DNA from: a virus
Lineage: Duplodnaviria > Caudoviricetes
Strand: one strand, 5' to 3'
Length of the DNA: 34,117 nt
Virus record (IMG/VR): IMGVR_UViG_3300042366_001033
Coordinates: 1 to 34,117 of that record
A program made the position numbers and the translations under genes. How positions within the stretch are numbered: the stretch's first letter is position 1; every line of letters starts with the position of its first letter. Under the pieces are notes generated by a model. That model ran no database searches. It saw only the letters and a program-made list of their open reading frames with translations, and was not told the DNA's origin. Of this stretch, positions 19,412 through 28,125 are shown piece by piece.

Positions 19412-22285
19412 ATGTCAGTAACTAGTCAGTTAAAACCAATAGTCGATCTTCCAGTATTTGAATGGGGTAGATTTTTACCAGCAAACACAAGCAACAGTTC
19501 ATGCTTTACAAGTGATAGTCGATATATCTATTACATATACAACTTAGCATTTTGGCGCTATGACACATACAACGACTCTTGGCAACAACTAGCAACCCCA
19601 GTTCTTGGCATTGGTAACTGCACTGCAATGGAATATTGCAAGACTCAAGGATATTATGGTCGAGCAATCAGTGCAGGTGGTGGAAATAATACCATTCAAC
19701 TCGCTGGACTTGTAGGCAATCGTCTTGTCGGACAAAAGATTCGTATAATTTCTGGAACTGGTGCTGGCCAAGAGCGTACAATTACTGCAGTGTCTGCTCC
19801 TACTATACATGATCGTGGAATAGTTACTGACTCATCTGGAACAGGCTTAACTGACGGTTCTACTGGTGTTGGAGCAAAGGCTTGGAGAATTAATCAATGG
19901 CGTGACTATCAAGTACGTCTTGACTATTCTGCTGGTACTGGTGGTCAAACACAATGTCGTCCAATTTTAAATAATCGTGCAACTGTATTAAACTGGTATG
20001 TTGCTGACTATGCAACAATTGATCCTTGGTGGGGGCGTAATATAAACCCCATTACAAGTAACACTGCTGGTACTCAAACAATGTATCAAATTGAGTCACA
20101 CATTGCTACAGTCGATAGCAACTGGGACGTAAATCCTGATGCATCTTCAAAATTTGTAGTTATGGGTGGAGGAATATGGGCAATGTCAACAGTAACCGGT
20201 TCATACTCATTTCAATATTATGATGTTCTTGCTGACTCTTGGTATCACAAAAGTTCACAGGACAATATGTTGCCTGCTGCTCTTGGTACCGAAGCCTCTC
20301 TTGCAGTAATTTCCGAAGAAGACACTCCTCCACTAAGTGGTACAGCAAGTGCCGCAACTGATATGTCATTGGTTGATAGCAGCAAAAATTTAGTTCGTGA
20401 TCAGTATGCCAACTTTGAAATTCGAATCACTGGAGGTACAGGTCGTGGACAGGCTCGTACAATATTAGCAAACACAGCTACAACATTTTACGTCACTCGT
20501 CGCTGGGATGTTAATCCAAACAACACATCAACATATGCAATCTATAGTGACACCGGTAAAATTTGGTTTATTGGTGACGCTCGTAGTCAAACATATCAGT
20601 ATAGTCTAGAGAGCGATCAATTTTCATTAGGTCGTCAGTTAGATTATGGTGCCGCACGTATAGGCGGTGCTGCATTACCTGGTCAAGATGCTATTCCAAT
20701 TACCTCTATATCAAAGACAACAGGCGGCGTAACTGTATTAAATCCAACTCCAACTGCTGGAGGCAGCGGCTATCTCGCTGATCAAATATTAACAATTTCA
20801 ACTGGTGGTACTAATGGACTTGCACGTATTACCAGTGTTAACGCTTCAGGTGCAGTATTGGCTGTAGCACTTGAATCGTGTGGTTTTGGTTATACAACTG
20901 GTGCAGGTAAAGCTACAACAGTAAACGTAGCTGGTGGGTCTGGTTGTACTCTAGATATTACAACTATCGGTGATATTGCTACAGTAACTACAGCATACAA
21001 CCATAACTTTGAACATGGAGAAGTTGTTACTATATCTGGTGCGTCTGCTGCAAATTATAATGGAGCAAAAACAATACTAGGCATATTTGCACACACTACA
21101 TTTCAATATATTGCTCCAGCCGACGCTGCTCCAACCTTTGGCTCGCACAGCGCGACTACACTAATCGACTCTTCTAAAAATTGGATTGTAAATGAACATG
21201 CCGGTAAGATTTTACAATATACTACGTCGGTAGGTCCAACAAATACAGAAATCAAACGGCGCATTGTAAGTAATACTGCAAACACAATTACATTTGTTTC
21301 TGGTACTGCTCCTACAAACGGAACAACACGATATGTTATCTATGATGTAAAACCGTTTGGTACCGAAATGTCGATGTATGCCCGTACTGCTGGTGGACGT
21401 GCAGGAATTGCTACTGGAGGTACATCTACATCACTTACTGACACTACTAAAAATTGGCCTGTCAACTATTGGAGCAATACCCTTCCATCAGGCGCAAGCA
21501 ATACTGGACGTAAAGTAAAAATTATTGCCGGAACCGGAGTAGGTCAGGAACTGACAATTACTTCAAACACAGCAAACACTTTAAATTTTGCAAGCGCAAC
21601 TGCGCCAGACGCAACTAGTGTCTATGTTATTATGGATTGTCATGGAGTTGCAACAAGCACAAGTTCAACATCACTCACTGATACAACTCAAAACTGGGCA
21701 ACAAATATTTGGGCCGGTAAACGTTTGCGTATTACGTCTGGAGCGTCTTCAGGATCTGCAGACACTGAAGTTACTATAACTTCTAACACTCAAACTACAC
21801 TAACATTTGGTGCTGTAACCAACACACCTGACTCTAACTGTACATACGCTATTCTTGAAGTTCCACCACGCGGTGCTGGTACAAATCTCGTTGGTGCTAA
21901 AGATTCTACAGACACATCATTAAATGGTCGTTACCTGTATGCATGGAGAGGTGCAGCTACTTCTGAGATTGCACGTTATAATATTAATACAGAACAATAT
22001 GACTTGCTAACATACTTCCCACTCACAGAGACACTAACTACAGGCTCTATGTATGCATATGATGGAGTTGATCGTATCTACTTTACAAAAGAAGCAACTG
22101 GTCGTATAATGTATTATGACATTGTAAAAAATATAACAGTTCCTGCTGGCACAATTCCTTATGGTATGGGTACTGCTCTTATTGGTGATCGCATGGAAAT
22201 ATTTACTACAGAAGATGGTCTTAAATATTTGTATATAGCACGTCATTCATCTAACGAATTGTGGAGAACACTACTTTTTAATTAA
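19412..22285 (+). CDS. Putative virion protein: beta-propeller blades interrupted by repeated beta-sandwich modules
   Basis: Blade-like FWRYDTYNDSWQQLA, FQYYDVLADSW, IARYNINTEQY, IMYYDIVKN; repeats LxDxxKNW..N..AG...I..GTG.GQ...I.SNT. Confidence 0.75.
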   Translation: MSVTSQLKPIVDLPVFEWGRFLPANTSNSSCFTSDSRYIYYIYNLAFWRYDTYNDSWQQLATPVLGIGNCTAMEYCKTQGYYGRAISAGGGNNTIQLAGLVGNRLVGQKIRIISGTGAGQERTITAVSAPTIHDRGIVTDSSGTGLTDGSTGVGAKAWRINQWRDYQVRLDYSAGTGGQTQCRPILNNRATVLNWYVADYATIDPWWGRNINPITSNTAGTQTMYQIESHIATVDSNWDVNPDASSKFVVMGGGIWAMSTVTGSYSFQYYDVLADSWYHKSSQDNMLPAALGTEASLAVISEEDTPPLSGTASAATDMSLVDSSKNLVRDQYANFEIRITGGTGRGQARTILANTATTFYVTRRWDVNPNNTSTYAIYSDTGKIWFIGDARSQTYQYSLESDQFSLGRQLDYGAARIGGAALPGQDAIPITSISKTTGGVTVLNPTPTAGGSGYLADQILTISTGGTNGLARITSVNASGAVLAVALESCGFGYTTGAGKATTVNVAGGSGCTLDITTIGDIATVTTAYNHNFEHGEVVTISGASAANYNGAKTILGIFAHTTFQYIAPADAAPTFGSHSATTLIDSSKNWIVNEHAGKILQYTTSVGPTNTEIKRRIVSNTANTITFVSGTAPTNGTTRYVIYDVKPFGTEMSMYARTAGGRAGIATGGTSTSLTDTTKNWPVNYWSNTLPSGASNTGRKVKIIAGTGVGQELTITSNTANTLNFASATAPDATSVYVIMDCHGVATSTSSTSLTDTTQNWATNIWAGKRLRITSGASSGSADTEVTITSNTQTTLTFGAVTNTPDSNCTYAILEVPPRGAGTNLVGAKDSTDTSLNGRYLYAWRGAATSEIARYNINTEQYDLLTYFPLTETLTTGSMYAYDGVDRIYFTKEATGRIMYYDIVKNITVPAGTIPYGMGTALIGDRMEIFTTEDGLKYLYIARHSSNELWRTLLFN

Positions 22286-22289
22286 TCTT

Positions 22290-22448
22290 ATGACAATAGA
22301 AGAAATCAAACAAATACTCACTAATAAATTAAATGAGTTGCAGTCACGAAAAAACCTTGCATATATGTCTGGTGATCTAGCGACATACACATCACTAGAC
22401 ACTGAGATAGTTGAGACTCAAGCCACAATTGATAAACTAAACGACTAA
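22290..22448 (+). CDS. Small coiled-coil-like hypothetical protein (52 aa, not in ORF track)
   Basis: MTIEEIKQILTNKLNELQSRKNLAYMSGDLATYTSLDTEIVETQATIDKLND; exactly fills the gap between neighbours. Confidence 0.75.
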   Translation: MTIEEIKQILTNKLNELQSRKNLAYMSGDLATYTSLDTEIVETQATIDKLND

Positions 22449-22449
22449 T

Positions 22450-22719
22450 ATGCCACACACTTCTCCAGAGTCTAGCCTAATAAAAGTAACTGGTGGGTTT
22501 GGGTCTATTTTTGCTACTGATACCACAACATACACTGGAGAGTTTCACGCTATTCAGGCTATAGACGACTGCACCTTTCTAATTTTAGAATCAACAAATA
22601 TGGAAAATGTTGATAGATGGGTGACGTTAGAAAAGACTCTCTATGCTGGAATGGTACTTGAAGCAAGCTTTACAAGAATCAAGCTTGGCACTGGGTGTGC
22701 AATGTTATACAAGCATTAA
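22450..22719 (+). CDS. Small hypothetical virion protein (possible spike-base-like)
   Basis: 89 aa, beta-rich pattern GEFHAIQAIDD...LYAGMVL...FTRIKLGTG.AMLY; tight operon spacing. Confidence 0.65.
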   Translation: MPHTSPESSLIKVTGGFGSIFATDTTTYTGEFHAIQAIDDCTFLILESTNMENVDRWVTLEKTLYAGMVLEASFTRIKLGTGCAMLYKH

Positions 22720-22725
22720 AATAAG

Positions 22726-23886
22726 ATGGCTATAGGTATTACAAATTCAAATGCTGGATATTCTCGAGCTGCAGCAGACGCACGATTTTTGGTTGACGCC
22801 CTAGCAGACGGTAAACAATACGCTCGTAAAGATGGCAACTGGGAAGAAATAGTCCCAACTGCATTTATGGAAGCACTTCCAGTGGATGAGTCATTTACTG
22901 CTGTGACTGGAAAACATTATAGCGTAAACACTACTCCTCAACCTCTTATTCTTGAAAACGATATAGAAATTAATTTACAAGCATATTGGAAACTCGATGA
23001 TCTTAATGACATGAGTTTAAACGATAATGTTCTTACAAATTTTGGCGGTGTTGTTTTTGGTCCTGGAAAAATTGGAGACTGTGCGATATTTTCATCTGGG
23101 TCAAAACTTTTTGGAAGTCCAATGGCACTCACTGGACGTTCACTGACACTGTCATATTGGGTTAAAACACCAGCAATGGGGAGCGGATATCCTGGTTATT
23201 CTAGGCCATTTACGACTAGCGGGGCTGTTAGTTCATTTATTTCTGGGTCTGATACTGTACGACCACGGGGGATTACCGCACTTGAATTAATATTTGACGG
23301 CGGATATGTTTCTGCAGAAGGAACAATTCCAGTTGATGACGACCAGTGGCATCATGTGTGTTCGGTTTGCGATGGAAACTCGATAAAAATATTTGTTGAC
23401 AATGCTTTAGACATTGAACTCACTAGTTTGCCAACAGGTTCATTGGCGGTTGACACTACTCAAACAATTATCAATGGTGACCCTGGTGGTGGAACATTTG
23501 GATCTGTTGCTATAAAATATGATTCTATGGGTGTGTGGAATCGTGCACTGACACCTTTAGAAATTTCATATCTTTATAATTCGGGAAATGGTAGTGATAT
23601 TGGCGAAATTGCAACAGTTGAAATACTTACAACACTGCCAACTTCTCCAAGTCCAGGCGACATTATTCAATTTTCTGATTCTCTTGGTATATGGAATGTC
23701 TCACCGCTAAAAATTGACCCTGGAATTTTAGCTATTAATGGTTCATCATCAATATACACAAACGATATTCCTAATAATACTCTAACTCTAGTCTATATCA
23801 ATAACACTATTGGTTGGGCAACATACAACACTAAAGACGCTCCAATTGATTCAAATAACATTATAGGTCTTTCAATATTTTTATAA
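22726..23886 (+). CDS. LamG / concanavalin A-like domain virion protein
   Basis: DGKQYARKDGNW; LQAYWKLD...GKIG...TLSYWVK...DDQWHHV...IFVD...VWNRALT..EI..LYNSG inserted in a TLP.SP..GD.I...L.LVY...GW module. Confidence 0.8.
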   Translation: MAIGITNSNAGYSRAAADARFLVDALADGKQYARKDGNWEEIVPTAFMEALPVDESFTAVTGKHYSVNTTPQPLILENDIEINLQAYWKLDDLNDMSLNDNVLTNFGGVVFGPGKIGDCAIFSSGSKLFGSPMALTGRSLTLSYWVKTPAMGSGYPGYSRPFTTSGAVSSFISGSDTVRPRGITALELIFDGGYVSAEGTIPVDDDQWHHVCSVCDGNSIKIFVDNALDIELTSLPTGSLAVDTTQTIINGDPGGGTFGSVAIKYDSMGVWNRALTPLEISYLYNSGNGSDIGEIATVEILTTLPTSPSPGDIIQFSDSLGIWNVSPLKIDPGILAINGSSSIYTNDIPNNTLTLVYINNTIGWATYNTKDAPIDSNNIIGLSIFL

Positions 23887-23898
23887 TAAATATAAATT

Positions 23899-24264
23899 AT
23901 GGCAACATACTCAAAGCAACTATTATCAGAAAGCGTTAATGGCAAGTCTATTGTTATAACTCAAACTGGTGTAGACACAACAACAATACACACAACTCAA
24001 GTCTCATCAAGTATACTGGATGAGGTGTGGTTGTATGCTACAAACTCTACAGCAGCAGACATATTGTTGGTTGTGTTGTGTGGAGGAACTGATTTTTCAT
24101 CTGACGTGTTGTTTGAAGGTGTAATAGAAGCATATTCTGGAAATGTATTAATATGTCCTGGTTTAATATTAAAGGGAAACGGAACTGCAGGATCTACAAT
24201 TTATGGCAACGCCAGTGTTGCAAGTGGGATTAATATTTTTGGATATGTAAATAGAATTAGTTGA
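23899..24264 (+). CDS. Small hypothetical virion protein (adaptor-like)
   Basis: MATYSKQLLS...DEVWLYATN...PGLIL...INIFGYVNRIS; AATAAATA 6 nt before ATG. Confidence 0.75.
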   Translation: MATYSKQLLSESVNGKSIVITQTGVDTTTIHTTQVSSSILDEVWLYATNSTAADILLVVLCGGTDFSSDVLFEGVIEAYSGNVLICPGLILKGNGTAGSTIYGNASVASGINIFGYVNRIS

Positions 24265-24265
24265 T

Positions 24266-26716
24266 ATGAGTATTCGTTATGGCAGTAAAATTAGTCCATT
24301 AGTCTCACGCAAGTCTTCTTTTTTTAAAAAAGACAGGTTTGATAGACTTCGCATAAAAAGGCCATCTATTGGTTCAATATCAAGTACTTGGACACGTCCA
24401 GTTGATTGGCTGACAATGCCAACTATAACATCAATTGATGAAAAAATAGCTTTGCTAATGCCTGTATATCCACAGGGATCTAACTTTCTTGCTTTTACAA
24501 TATCTGGAGGATATACTGTTGATTGGGGTGATGGTGTAACAGAAAATGTTGCATCTGGTGTTAAGGCTCAACATGAATACTCTTATACTGACCCAGATTT
24601 AAATGCCACCGTTACAAGTGATGGTTATAAAATGGCAGTTGTAGTCATTACTCCTCAAGCTGGTCAAAATATAACAAGTGTAGACTTTAACCAAAAGTAT
24701 GCACAAGCAGGATCTACATTTCCTGATTCTTCTCCTATATTAGAAATAGTTTTATCTTGCCCAAGTTTAACAGGTTTAACTCTTGGTAATGCAACCGCTT
24801 CTTTGGCTTTTTGTAAAAATTTAGTTAGTTTCAGTGGAGTCAATATAGGATTATTAACTGACTTAACTAATTCATTTGCAAATTTAGTTTCATTAAAAAA
24901 TGTATCTTTTAATGATCTTACTAATATTACTAATACGAGTAGTATGTTTAGTGGTTGCAGATCTCTTACAACTGTACCACTGTTTAATACAGAGAATGTT
25001 ACTAATATGAGTAATATGTTTAGTAGTTGTGCTACTCTTACAACTGTACCTCTGTTTAATACAGGGGCTGTTACTAATATGAGTAATATGTTTAGTAGTT
25101 GCTCTTCTCTTACAACTGTACCTCTGTTTAATACAGGGGCTGTTACTAATATGAGTAATATGTTTCAGGGTTGCACTACTCTTACAACTGTACCACTGTT
25201 TAATACAGCATCTGTTACTAATATGGGTAGTATGTTTAGTAGTTGCAGATATCTTACAACTGTACCGTTGTTTAATACAGGGGCTGTTACTAATATGGTT
25301 AGTATGTTTTCCTCTTGTTCCCGTCTTCAGACTGTACCATTATTTAACACGCAAAATGTTACTCTTATGGGAGGTTTTATTCCACCAATTGGTATGTTTA
25401 ATGGTTGCATTTCTCTTACAACTGTTCCACTATTCAATACAGCAGCTGTTACTAATATGGGTTTTATGTTTCAGGGTTGCACTTCTCTTACAACTGTACC
25501 GTTGTTTAATACAGGGACTGTTACTGATATGTTTGGTATGTTTAGTGGTTGCACTACTCTTACAACTGTACCGCTTTTTAATACAGCAGCTGTTACTAAT
25601 ATGAGTAGTATGTTTCAGGGTTGCAATACTCTTACAACTGTACCTCTGTTTAATACAGGGGCTGTTACTAATATGAATAATATGTTTAGTAGTTGCAATA
25701 CTCTTACAACTGTACCACTGTTTAATACAGCATCTGTTACTAATATGGGTAGTATGTTTAGTGGTTGCACTACTCTTACAACTGTACCGCTTTTTAATAC
25801 AGCAGCTGTTACTAATATGGGTAGTATGTTTAGTAGTTGTGCTACTCTTACAACTGTACCACTGTTTAATACAGGGGCTGTTACTGCTATGAATAATATG
25901 TTTAGTAGTTGTACTTCTCTTACAGGTGTACCGTTATTCAATACAGGGGCTGTTATTGATATGAGTAATATGTTTAGTGGTTGCTCTTCTCTTACAAGTG
26001 TACCGTTATTAATTTCAGGTGCTGGAACAAATACAGGAAAGTTTTTTGGTATTTTTGCAAGTTGTATATCACTTACAAGAGCAGCATTGAATGGCTCAGA
26101 ATATTCAATAAGTTATAGTGGTTGTAAATTATCAAAAGAAGAATTAGAATCTATATTCAATTATCTAGATACAATAGGTGCTGCTTCTCAAACAATAACA
26201 GTAACAAGCAATTGGGGAGCGCCGACACCTGTAACTCTTACAGGAACTACAACTGTTGGTAGCACAACAATAAGCATGGCAAACACCACTGGTATTGCTG
26301 TAGGTATGCAAATTACTGGAACTGGTTCCCCTCTTACATCAACAAGAGCAGTAACATTTACCGATGCAGGTGATTTAGTCAACCTTGCAAGTCATGGATT
26401 AAGTAATGGAGATGAAGTTTCTTTTGCAACTATAGTAACAACGACTGGTATTGTTACTAATAGAATCTACTATGTCGTTAATGCTGCGGCTGGAACATTT
26501 CAAGTAGCAGCAACTCTAGGTGGTCCTGCATTACCAATAACTACGACTGGTACGCCGTCAGGTACTTTACGCTATCGTACAGAAGTTGTATCAATTAATC
26601 CCAACGTAAGCATCACAGTATCACGACAAATGGCTGCGGGGGGTGCAAATAGTTTAATATTTAGACAATTAAGAACAGGCACAGCCTTCCTCAAAGGGTG
26701 GCTTGTAACAGGATAA
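24266..26716 (+). CDS. BspA/DUF285-like leucine-rich-repeat surface protein
   Basis: WTRPVDWL and YTVDWGDG N-terminal motifs; tandem LTTVPLFNTxxVTNMxxMFxxCxx repeats; C-terminal HGLSNGDEV module; ends KGWLVTG. Confidence 0.85.
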   Translation: MSIRYGSKISPLVSRKSSFFKKDRFDRLRIKRPSIGSISSTWTRPVDWLTMPTITSIDEKIALLMPVYPQGSNFLAFTISGGYTVDWGDGVTENVASGVKAQHEYSYTDPDLNATVTSDGYKMAVVVITPQAGQNITSVDFNQKYAQAGSTFPDSSPILEIVLSCPSLTGLTLGNATASLAFCKNLVSFSGVNIGLLTDLTNSFANLVSLKNVSFNDLTNITNTSSMFSGCRSLTTVPLFNTENVTNMSNMFSSCATLTTVPLFNTGAVTNMSNMFSSCSSLTTVPLFNTGAVTNMSNMFQGCTTLTTVPLFNTASVTNMGSMFSSCRYLTTVPLFNTGAVTNMVSMFSSCSRLQTVPLFNTQNVTLMGGFIPPIGMFNGCISLTTVPLFNTAAVTNMGFMFQGCTSLTTVPLFNTGTVTDMFGMFSGCTTLTTVPLFNTAAVTNMSSMFQGCNTLTTVPLFNTGAVTNMNNMFSSCNTLTTVPLFNTASVTNMGSMFSGCTTLTTVPLFNTAAVTNMGSMFSSCATLTTVPLFNTGAVTAMNNMFSSCTSLTGVPLFNTGAVIDMSNMFSGCSSLTSVPLLISGAGTNTGKFFGIFASCISLTRAALNGSEYSISYSGCKLSKEELESIFNYLDTIGAASQTITVTSNWGAPTPVTLTGTTTVGSTTISMANTTGIAVGMQITGTGSPLTSTRAVTFTDAGDLVNLASHGLSNGDEVSFATIVTTTGIVTNRIYYVVNAAAGTFQVAATLGGPALPITTTGTPSGTLRYRTEVVSINPNVSITVSRQMAAGGANSLIFRQLRTGTAFLKGWLVTG
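24930..26010 (+). repeat. 72-nt / 24-aa tandem coding repeat (14 full PLFNT units plus flanking partial units)
   Basis: CTTACAACTGTACC...TTTAATACAG...GTTACTAATATG...ATGTTT recurs every 72 nt; unit 6 carries a 6-codon insertion. Confidence 0.95.
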
Positions 26717-26720
26717 TTTT

Positions 26721-26903
26721 ATGACAGCAGGATTCTATAAAAAACAAGAAGACGGACAAATATTGTATGCCCCAAATTGGGTTGAAGGCTTAGATATTTC
26801 ATTAGTAGCACAAAATAAAGATCAATATGACTATCCTGTTCATGGGTGGTATTGGTTTGAAAGTGAAGAGGAGGCAACTGAATATTATTCTATTGTAACT
26901 TGA
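26721..26903 (+). CDS. Small hypothetical protein
   Basis: 60 aa, GFYK...LYAPNWV...YDYPVHGWYWFESEEEA, directly behind the repeat protein. Confidence 0.7.
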   Translation: MTAGFYKKQEDGQILYAPNWVEGLDISLVAQNKDQYDYPVHGWYWFESEEEATEYYSIVT

Positions 26904-27072
26904 CCTCTTCAAACTCTTCTTTTGAGAGATGTAGTTTTGCAGAGTTTGCTTTAAAAAATACCTTGTCACCTTCGGTTCGATAGACCACAATATAGTCGAC
27001 AATTCCGACATTCATGCTGCGGAGTAGATCCTTAAATTCACTTTTAATATAGACTTTTTCATTTAATTTCAT
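26890..27072 (-). CDS. Small hypothetical protein
   Basis: 60-aa ATG ORF of protein-like composition filling an otherwise empty gap; divergent from glf; CATAAATA upstream on the minus strand. Confidence 0.55.
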   Translation of the reverse strand: MKLNEKVYIKSEFKDLLRSMNVGIVDYIVVYRTEGDKVFFKANSAKLHLSKEEFEEVKLQ

Positions 27073-27088
27073 ATAGATATATATTTAT

Positions 27089-27118
27089 GTTTACAGGTGA
27101 CGTAAACTATGATAAAAT
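27089..27118 (+). promoter_or_regulatory. Sigma70-type (T4 early-like) promoter
   Basis: GTTTACA (-35), exact 17-nt spacer ending TGA, TAAAAT (-10); 8 nt before the glf ATG. Confidence 0.7.
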
Positions 27119-27126
27119 GTTAAAAT

Positions 27127-28125
27127 ATGAAAAAAAGTGCTAAAATAATTGGATGTGGGCTGTCAGGAATCACTGCTGCAGTGTTGTTAAAAGAAAAAGG
27201 TTATGCTGTTGAAATTTTTGAAACTCGTCCTCACATTGGTGGAAATTGTTATGACGGCCTTGTTTGTAATACTCTTGTACATCACTATGGCCCCCATATT
27301 TTTCACACAGATGATGAAGAGGTATTTGAGTTTCTTAGTCGTTATACCGAATGGACTCCGTTTGCGCTGCGCCCAAAGGGAGACACCCGACTTGGCCAAG
27401 TAAGTTTGCCATACAGCAAGAAAACAGTATCTGAACTTGGTCGTGAGCTGTCTCAAGAAGAGATTGTAGAATATATCTTTAAGGAGTATAGCGAAAAGCA
27501 ATGGGGAGTGCCGTTCGACGAGATTCCTAAGACTATTACAAATCGAATTCCAAAGACTGCAGAATGCGAAGATCCAACCTGGTTTGAAGGTCAAAAATAT
27601 CAATGCATTCCAAAGCATGGTTACTCTGCAATGTTTACAAAGATGTTAGAAGGCATCACAGTACATCTAAATTGTTCAGAAGATGATTGGGCGTACAAGC
27701 GGGAGGCAGGTGATTTGATTGTCTATACCGGCAAGATTGATAGCTATTTTGGCACGATATATGGACGTCTGCCATATCGTTCACTTGAGTTTAAACATCA
27801 TGTGTTGTGTGAAAAACAAGACACATTTATTGTAAATCAAAACAATAGCACAACCGACTATACGCGAATCTATGATCACAGTTATTTTATGCCAGATCAT
27901 GTCGGTCCAACAGTAGTCACGTCTGAACACCCGAAAGAATGTGGACCGGGAGACATTCCGTTTTATCCTATTCCTTGGGGTGAAGGACAAGAAACATATC
28001 GTCTCTATGAATCACTAGCAAAGGCAGAAAAGGGAGTGATTTTTGTTGGCCGACTTGCAACCTATAAATACCTAGACATGTGGATGGCAATTAAACACGT
28101 CATGTTAAAGTTAAAGGATCTATGA
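27127..28125 (+). CDS. glf: UDP-galactopyranose mutase
   Basis: FAD motif IIGCGLSG, HIGGNCYD, HHYGPHIFHT, YSEKQWG, LPYRSL, YTRI, PFYP, GRLATYKYLDM. Confidence 0.93.
   Translation: MKKSAKIIGCGLSGITAAVLLKEKGYAVEIFETRPHIGGNCYDGLVCNTLVHHYGPHIFHTDDEEVFEFLSRYTEWTPFALRPKGDTRLGQVSLPYSKKTVSELGRELSQEEIVEYIFKEYSEKQWGVPFDEIPKTITNRIPKTAECEDPTWFEGQKYQCIPKHGYSAMFTKMLEGITVHLNCSEDDWAYKREAGDLIVYTGKIDSYFGTIYGRLPYRSLEFKHHVLCEKQDTFIVNQNNSTTDYTRIYDHSYFMPDHVGPTVVTSEHPKECGPGDIPFYPIPWGEGQETYRLYESLAKAEKGVIFVGRLATYKYLDMWMAIKHVMLKLKDL

Noticed and set aside
24930-26010. CRISPR array or DGR target in the 72-nt repeats (many variable codons are NNT, reachable from AAT)
   Set aside because: Repeats are in-frame coding units without unique spacers or cas genes. 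No reverse transcriptase or non-coding template repeat is in the window, CAG/AGA/TCC alleles break the adenine-only rule, and T-ending codons are common genome-wide. A remote DGR cannot be fully excluded.
1876-26716. Invertase-type (shufflon) tail-fibre switching
   Set aside because: No recombinase, no inverted cassettes, and all repeats noticed are in direct orientation.
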